From Macrostomum lignano (Eukaryota), in contig NIVC01003690.1 in NCBI GenBank assembly GCA_002269645.1, positions 1 to 29,652 of the forward strand: 29,652 nt of DNA, in the 5' to 3' direction. Numbering within the stretch: position 1 is the stretch's first letter; each line of letters begins with the position of its first letter. This document shows, piece by piece, positions 22,688-29,652 of the stretch. The notes beneath the pieces were generated by a model. It was not told the origin of the DNA, did not search any database, and worked only from the letters and a program-made list of their open reading frames with translations. Position numbers and translations under genes: made by a program.

Positions 22688-23164
22688 ATGCAGCGCCAAT
22701 CAACTTTGGATCGGCATCCGCAAATGTTTGTCAAGCACCGTGTCCAGTCGCAAGATGTACTTGGCCGTTGCCAAGGCGACGGCGTAGCCGACGGTGAGCC
22801 GGTAGGTGCTTGGCCGCATGCCCGCTCAGGGCACCGGCTGCTAGCAGGAGCTCACAATCTATGGTTAATTGGCGGCTTTCACCCAGAGGAGAACGACGCC
22901 GGTGGCCTATTATTTGAAGAGGTGTGGCAGTACAACATCGCTAGCGGTCAGTGGCGCCGGCTGGTTACAACTGGCGACATGCCGGCCGAATTGGCGTCCC
23001 ATGCGGCTCTATTAGATCCGCCCTACCTGCTTGTCCATGGAGGCACCGCCACACCGTTTGGGATTCGAAGGAGTCGCCGACTGCATCGACTCTGTTTGCG
23101 AACCTTGCACTGGTCTGAGGTACCCCTGACCCATATTGGCGGGCCTGACGGGCGGCCTAGAAAG
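22688..23164 (+). CDS. KLHDC10: Kelch domain-containing protein 10, exon 1
   Basis: ARSGHR, LIGGF, LFEEVWQYNIASGQW, MPAELASH, HGGTATPFG match KLHDC10 motifs (ARSGHR, GGY, LFRELW, MPRELAS, GGTGIPFG); donor AAG/gtaagc, phase 0. Confidence 0.9.
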
Positions 23165-23307
23165 GTAAGCAGCTTACTTAATTACTGCAGCTGCAGAAAG
23201 ACTAGAAAGTTTTAAAGGAAGGTTAAAAACCAATATTTATTACCTTTGACAGTAGTAGAGATTGTTCCAAGCATCAAATTTTGAACCAATATTTAAGTTT
23301 ATGATGA

Positions 23308-23610
23308 GGGGGCACTGCAGCTCCGCGGTAAATGCGTCAGACTCTCCCGCCACGACCCCTGGCTCGATTCCCGGTCGCGGCCACATTCATATGGGGCTTT
23401 GTGTACGAAAAATTGACCGCGGGATTTTCGTTTGATTCACACCTACGAGGGCCAACCCCCAAAGTGCAGAAAGTGTTCATGCGGGACGATTAGAAAGTCA
23501 GGGCCGCTGTACACCCTGTTTGAGCGTGTGAAGTATAAGTGCGTGCCTGCGTTCACTACTGGCGCGCTTGTTGATAGAATGATAGGTGCTTACAACCCTC
23601 TTGCGATTAT
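23308..23610 (+). mobile_element. tRNA-derived SINE, copy C (intronic; central block shared with A and B, different tail)
   Basis: tRNA-like head with B box GGCTCGATTCC (23361-23371); GAGGGCCAACCCCCAAAG..AGGGCCGCTGTACACC at 23447-23515. Confidence 0.75.
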
Positions 23611-23758
23611 ATTTTTTGTTGCAGATGCAGAATATTGCTTCAAATACTTGTTTGTTTTTTTACACTTACGTACTACTCGTATTTTATTGGGTTTTTTTCA
23701 AACGGCATCTGTAAAATAACAGTATACTCCATACAAAAATCCGTACAAACACGTGCAG

Positions 23759-24682
23759 GTCTATGGGCACTCATTCACGCTGGTTAAACGACCAGGTGGC
23801 AATCGGGTAATATACCAGTTCGGCGGCACTACTGGTCACGTCTACACTAATTCTGTCCACGCTCTCGACATGGACACCTGGCAGTGGTGTCACTTTGACC
23901 CTCACTCCCCGCTGTCAGCTGCTGCTTTAGATGACGCGGACGAGCTTGAGGCTAATGCCACTAATGGCTATCCGCCAAGTCCGCGCTACAGGCATGAAAC
24001 CGTGTACTGGCGGGGTTGTCTCTTAGTAGTTGGTGGCGGTACATCAGTATCCGTGTGCAAACTAGACCGCTTAGCCATGTTCTGCCCGGAGTCCCGCACT
24101 TGGTCCCGGATGCTGACGCATGGTGCAGTTAACAATGGTGTGCCGCAGGCACGGCGTTGCCACTCGTGTCTACTGCATGGCGATTGGCTTATGCTCTCAG
24201 GCGGATGCACTCAAAACAACATACCACTGGGCGATGTCTGGTTCCTGCACCTGCCAACAGCCGTTTGGCATCGATCAGCTTACCGTCTGCCTCAGCCGAC
24301 CTACTTTCACGCATCCGCAGTCACCCCGGCCGGCCAGGCCTTCATATTCGGCGGCGTGGTCACTACTCGCCGGGGTGAAAGTCCCAGTAGATCCGATGCC
24401 CTCTACAGCTGTTGGTTTCCAGGAGCGCCTGGTCGTCTGGAATCTTTGTGTCTTCGACTGATTGTGCCGCGTGCCGTGGCCTGGCTGCGCCGATGCAGCC
24501 TGACAATTCAGTGTCAGAGCTTGAGACTGCGGCTAATGGAGCTCGGCGTGCAGCCAGACCTCATACTGGATGCATTGGCTCAGCCTGTCTTCTCGCTGCC
24601 TCCGGCACCACCGACGCCCGAGGCTGACCCTTCCGTTGCCTGGCAAAGACTGCAGGAACAGAGGCCCAGTCCTCCCGCCTGA
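23759..24682 (+). CDS. KLHDC10: Kelch domain-containing protein 10, exon 2; total 466 aa
   Basis: Acceptor gtgcag/GTC; FGGTTG.VY, RYRHE, GGGTS, ARRCHSC, LGDVW, YFHASAVTPAG, GGVV and a BC-box-like RLESLCLRLI. Confidence 0.93.
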   Translation, partial: VYGHSFTLVKRPGGNRVIYQFGGTTGHVYTNSVHALDMDTWQWCHFDPHSPLSAAALDDADELEANATNGYPPSPRYRHETVYWRGCLLVVGGGTSVSVCKLDRLAMFCPESRTWSRMLTHGAVNNGVPQARRCHSCLLHGDWLMLSGGCTQNNIPLGDVWFLHLPTAVWHRSAYRLPQPTYFHASAVTPAGQAFIFGGVVTTRRGESPSRSDALYSCWFPGAPGRLESLCLRLIVPRAVAWLRRCSLTIQCQSLRLRLMELGVQPDLILDALAQPVFSLPPAPPTPEADPSVAWQRLQEQRPSPPA

Positions 24683-25369
24683 TGACCGAGCTCTAAACTA
24701 AGGAATCCTCTAGTTTCTTTACTCCACAGGTAGCAACACTAAGCTGTCCCATTTCAAATCATTTTTTCACTCACACTGAACATATTTCAGAGTTTCAGAG
24801 CACCTTCTTACACAATTTAGCGTAACTGTGGTCTGCTGCAACCAAAACTTGATCTGATCATATCTGCTTTATTTTAAAGCTGAATATACTCTCCGCAACT
24901 CTCTTAACCGTTAGTTTAAGAATTACAAGAAATTTGTTACATCATAGATAATACATCGCTATACCAAACATAATAAGTGGGTCAAAAAAAATTTTTAAAG
25001 CGTAAAATTAAACGTGATAAATTTTCTTTTCATCACAAATAAGTCTCGAAGTCAAAAGAAAAATATTAGGGCTACTACTACAAATGCTACTACTTTTAAT
25101 GTTTTGCCTTGCCTTCAGCTTCAAGGGAATTGTAGAGAACCTATTCAGCTGCAACGTGATGAGATAACTCAAATCGATGTCATCAGACATAAGTTGTATG
25201 CCAAATTGTGAGTGAAGGCGTTCTAAAACTGTTATATGTAAATGAAAAAAGTGAGTGAGACAACAGAGAAATCTTTCATGAAACTTGGGTGTGGCAGCTG
25301 AGTGTCGCTTTATGGGTAGCAAAGCGACAATCGTGGATTCCTTGCTCTGAGCCATTGAAAACGTTACCG

Positions 25370-25925
25370 TGACAGGATTTGCTTAAGAGTCATTGTAATC
25401 AAATCGAGTGTAATAAAATCTCGTATAATGACTATAGCAACTCTGGGACGACTCTTTAACGACTCAAACGACTGTAATGCGACGGATAGGCGACTGTTGA
25501 GTCACGAGCGCATTACGTGAGTTGCAGAATTGTAAAAGTTTCGCGAAAAAGTCGTCCAAAAGTTGTGCTGGCGCTCAACTTACTACTAACTCAAGTAGAC
25601 TAAATAGAGTTTCGTTATAAATGCCAAATGCGATTCTAATTCATAAAGTGACGCAGATGCGCTTTAGACGCAACTCAGTGATTCTACAGCGGCTTTAGCA
25701 CGTCTCAGATACGACTACGTCCCCAGATTCATTATGGAAGCGCCCCAGTCGCGGACAATAAAACGACTCAAATAGACTCTGGCGACTTTTTGACGACTTT
25801 TGCCACGACGTCTTGTCGTTTTAGAGTCGTCTAGAGTCACTTCTTTCCTATTTTACCTGTGTTACCTGCAATGACTCTGAAACAACTCTGGGGCGACACA
25901 AGTGACTCTAAGACGCTTCTCGGTC
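25370..25925. repeat. Degenerate quasi-palindromic element built from GACTC/CGACT motifs (foldback-like)
   Basis: Inverted pairs: AAAAGTCGTCCAAAAGTTG (about 25547-25565) with CGACTTTTTGACGACTTTT (25783-25801), and AGAGTCATT with AATGACTCT. A direct repeat at 25427-25465 / 25870-25908. Confidence 0.6.
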
Positions 25926-27029
25926 TAGGTGCCATTTTCATTGGGTGAATGCTCTTGAGTTTCTGAGAAAGGCTGTGTTTCTAATCTGCTTTGATTTATT
26001 TTTCCTAGTAAAATTTCCTGTTTCGTATAATGTACCGGTATATTCATATACTTAGTTGAAATTAAAAACCGATTGGCACACGAAGGAATGGCATGAAGGA
26101 AGGAAGGTGCTGTATTGGCAGTCCGCTTTACCAATAAGGCCGTTGGCTAAGTTCCTGCTAAACTTTTTTCATAGAATATTTATTTAAAAATGAACATGTT
26201 TGAACATATAGTTTGAAACTGTCCAAAGTCATTATTTCAGCCTATTACTTTGCTTTCTATCATCATGATCTGCCATATTTTATAATCATTTCCAACTGGA
26301 CTAAATGTTCTCACCATGTGCTCCATGCTCTTGATTTTGTGTTTTTTAACCACAATGCTTTTGAGTATTTGAATGATAGTCAATATAGTAGAAAATATTT
26401 GTAAATATACATTGTGTTTCCGTCACTGATCTGGCATTCTTTCTCTGTTGGCTCTTTCATTAATTTGTTTACGTGTATTTAAGTTAAGTTATTTAGTTAT
26501 TTACACCGCTAAGTTACACCGCTCAGTTACCCTGGTATTTAGCGGTGTAACTTTTTAGGCGCTGTGAACCACAGCGCCTTCCAAGTTTGAAAAAATATTG
26601 TCTCAGCAATAGTAATACGCTTGTAGTATGAATTTATGCTTTTGTGTAATGCAAGTAGGCGTTTAAACTTTCAATTTTTGCGTTTCGCGTGCATGATTTC
26701 CTCTATTTTGTATATGCAGATTTTTGTGGTTTTGGTAAATTCTTCAATTTGTTTTCTTGTTCTTGTATACTTTGTCGCATTAGATGCTGGAAATTTTAAT
26801 TTAAGAATTGACTTAATTATAAAAAATAAAGCACACAAGTAATAAACTATACATTACTATTCACTATGTGTTCACTTATTATTTTTGTAGTATAAACCTG
26901 GTCTCGTATGTATTTCAGCATATTTTGTCAGGTAGCTTATAGGTGAAATATTCTTACACATCCATCTAAGACAGGGGTTGACAAACTTTTATACCTCAAG
27001 GCCAGATAGAGAATTTAGCGCATGACCAG

Positions 27030-27215
27030 AAGAGGAGAGAGAGATGAGAGATGAGATGTAGGAGAAAAGAGAGACGAGAAGCCTAAGGCTAGGCGAGGCG
27101 AAAAGAGAGGAAAGGAGAGATGAAATAGAACAGAGAGCAGATAAGGAGAGGTTGAGAAGAAGAGAGGAGAGAGAGACGAGATTAGAGAAATGGGAGCTGA
27201 GAAAAGATACAGATC
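27030..27215. repeat. GA-rich low-complexity tract upstream of ARL2
   Basis: Purine-dominated run read directly. Confidence 0.75.
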
Positions 27216-27412
27216 TTGCTCGGGCCGCTTTGTGAAGTTTCAAAGAAATATAAGGTGTAGAATAAATCTTTTTTTATATACCTTTAGTTATGGGCACTCG
27301 TAATTAGATGAAAAATAATTGAAAGCTCATTGATACTTTTTGGTTAGAGAATAAATCTGTCTGTCTTTATATTCATGATTTAAAAAACTACAACCAACTA
27401 TCAGAAGCCAGC

Positions 27413-27724
27413 ATGGGGTTCTACTCCATTCTTAAAAAGCTGAAGGAGAAAGAGAAGGAAGTTCGCATTTTAATTCTTGGATTAGACAATGCTGGTAAAA
27501 CTACGCTTGTCAAGAAGTTCAATGGCGATGATATTGACGAAGTGTCGCCTACGCTGGGATTCTCTATCAAAACTCTTGAGCATCGCGGCTTCAGATTAAA
27601 CGTATGGGACGTTGGCGGCCAGAAGTCGCTTCGGTCCTATTGGCGGAACTATTTCGAAGCCACCGATGGTCTTGTGTGGGTAGTTGACAGTGCTGATCAG
27701 CGGCGGTTGTCTGATTGCAAGCAG
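27413..27724 (+). CDS. ARL2: ADP-ribosylation factor-like protein 2, exon 1
   Basis: [48 protein letters not shown]; donor CAG/gtaaaa, phase 0. Confidence 0.96.
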
Positions 27725-27924
27725 GTAAAATAAGTTTTCTGCATGGCACTTTGAAACCCTGTATTGCGTTATCATTTTCTGCGCTTACTTAATTAATAGG
27801 TTTTAAACTCAGTTAAGGGCTGAGTTGGGTCTAACCTACAATATAAAAATATAAGTTTTGAAATCCCTAGAATCCAAATAGTTATTTCAAACGAATAAAT
27901 ATGAATTACATAAATATAAGAAAC

Positions 27925-28530
27925 CCCAGATAGCAAGCATCCCAGATAGCAAGCATCCCAGATAGCAAGCATCCCCCAGATAGCAAGCATCCCCCAGATA
28001 GCAAGCACCCCCCAGATAGCAAGCATCCCAGATAGCAAGCACCCCCCAGATAGCAAGCACCCCCCAGATAGCAAGCACCCCCCAGATAGCAAGCACCCCC
28101 CAGATAGCAAGCATCCCAGATAGCAAGCAGCCCCCAGATAGCAAGCACGCCCCAGATAGCAAGCATCCCAGATAGCAAGCACGCCCCAGATAGCAGGCAT
28201 CCCAGATAGCAAGCATCCCAGATAGCAGGCATCCCAGATAGCAGGCATCCCAGATAGCAAGCATCCCAGATAGCAAGCATCCCAGATAGCAAGCACGCCC
28301 CAGATAGCAGGCATCCCAGATAGCAAGCATCCCAGATAGCAAGCATCCCAGATAGCAGGCATCCCAGATAGCAGGCATCCCAGATAGCAAGCATCCCAGA
28401 TAGCAGGCATCCCAGATAGCAAGCATCCCAGATAGCAGGCATCCCAGATAGCAAGCATCCCAGGTAGCAAGCGCCCCCAGATAGCAAGCACCCCCCAGAT
28501 AGCAAGCATCTCTAAATAGCCAGCATCCCT
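27925..28530. repeat. Intronic minisatellite, about 35 units of CCCAGATAGCA(A/G)GCAT (16-18 bp, variable C-run)
   Basis: Units counted by eye. The three minus-strand ORFs 27793-28509 are products of this array. Confidence 0.95.
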
Positions 28531-28805
28531 GGATGTAGAGAGAATTCCTAGATAGCTAGTCGTATATTAAATGGCTTCTAGCTTGAAAAAACAGGATGAT
28601 AATTTGGCATCCGGGTCCAAATTCCGGATGCCAGCATAAAAATTTATGTGACATGACACTCGGTATGACGCGAAACTTGTGAGCTAGCGGAATTGACCTG
28701 CAAGATCTTTCTAGACGATATCAAGTTTCCAGCTTATGACGTTTGCAACTTGTGAAAACAGAGACATATTTTTTAGATTTGATAATTTACTGCCATTCGC
28801 TGTAG

Positions 28806-29048
28806 GAGTTCGGACAGCTGCTTGTCGAAGAGCGCCTTGCGGGCGCCAGCCTGCTGGTGTTTGCCAATAAGCAGGACCTGCCGGGCGCCCTGGATGCCGG
28901 CCAAATCTCCGCAGCCTTAGAGCTGGATAATGTAAAGACGCATCATAGCCGGATTTTTGGATGCTCTGCGGTCACTGGTCTGAACCTTCTGGAAGGAATT
29001 GACTGGCTTATTGATGATATTGCATCCAGGGTATTTTCCGCTGATTAA
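28806..29048 (+). CDS. ARL2: ADP-ribosylation factor-like protein 2, exon 2; total 184 aa
   Basis: Acceptor gctgtag/GAG; [47 protein letters not shown]. Confidence 0.96.
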   Translation, partial: EFGQLLVEERLAGASLLVFANKQDLPGALDAGQISAALELDNVKTHHSRIFGCSAVTGLNLLEGIDWLIDDIASRVFSAD

Positions 29049-29652
29049 ACTAAAGTGCTCACAGATCTAAAAAGCATTGAGTAGCTAGGCCTGTGCGAAA
29101 CTTGTTGAGTCTTGTAGCAAATACCACTGTAGTACAGCAGGACCTAAAACTCTAGGATCGTGTAATTTTTTATAGGCCTAGAGATAGCAAAAAATTCATA
29201 GCAAATCTGTAGTTGCATTCGATCTGGGGCGGTGAAGATTGCCATTCTTTTCATTTAGCATGCGCGACATGTTACTATATTGTATTTTATATAGTGTTTC
29301 AGTGAAAGTTTCATTTTAATATTGTTTTATTTATTTTATTTACTCGGGTATGTAAATCTTAAGCCATTACTACAGGTAAAGTTCTTTTTCAACGCATGTT
29401 AAATCATTTTTCATATTTTTTTGACCTAGTCTAGAAAGCTATAATTATTTAAAGCCAGGCCTGTCTAGATTATTATTACAAATATGCTTGGTTCAAGAAG
29501 AAACAAAAGAAAAAGTTCAGCTAATACCACTTGTGAGTAGTTTATAAAAAGTTGTCTTCCGGCTTATGAAAAAACAATATTAAGATGAAACTTTCACTGC
29601 ACAACTACCTAAAATACAACAGAGTAACATTCTATACATGCTAAGTTATTTA

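Noticed and set aside
24680-24720. CTGATGA hammerhead-like core
   Set aside because: No GAAA partner or flanking stems; overlaps the KLHDC10 stop codon
25008-25355. 115-aa minus ORF and overlapping 65-aa plus ORF
   Set aside because: No recognisable domain or splice-consistent partner exons
27793-28509. Three long minus-strand ORFs (238, 179 and 199 aa)
   Set aside because: Translations of the intronic minisatellite; the unit lacks stops on that strand
27925-28530. CRISPR-like appearance of the arrays here and at 1381-1580
   Set aside because: Head-to-tail units without unique spacers, no cas genes, eukaryotic context

Overview
Eukaryotic (metazoan, probably invertebrate) genomic DNA with AT-rich introns and GC-richer exons. 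The supplied ORF track ignores splicing and uses non-ATG starts, so gene models were rebuilt by hand from GT-AG sites and codon phase. Four spliced genes, all on +: (1) a 6-exon, 661-aa protein with N-terminal ankyrin repeats fused to a NEK11-like kinase domain (5799-10659); (2) a multi-C2H2 zinc-finger gene (firm exons 17915-18983 and 19489-20111, probable first coding exon 12749-12925); (3) KLHDC10 (22688-24682, 466 aa); (4) ARL2 (27413-29048, 184 aa). Repeats include: a decayed retroelement cluster at 1.8-4.2 kb (RTE-like endonuclease on -, an I-group/Ingi-like element with a 2A-like motif, three PHD-like fingers and an APE endonuclease on +, and a Gypsy integrase tail); a full-length DD34D mariner with two nonsense codons; four tRNA-derived SINEs (one CORE-SINE and three sharing a central block I do not recognise); foldback-like elements; and minisatellites. 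The most notable items are the ANK-NEK11-like architecture, the 2A-PHDx3-APE element and the unrecognised SINE core. Novelty cannot be confirmed without database searches.
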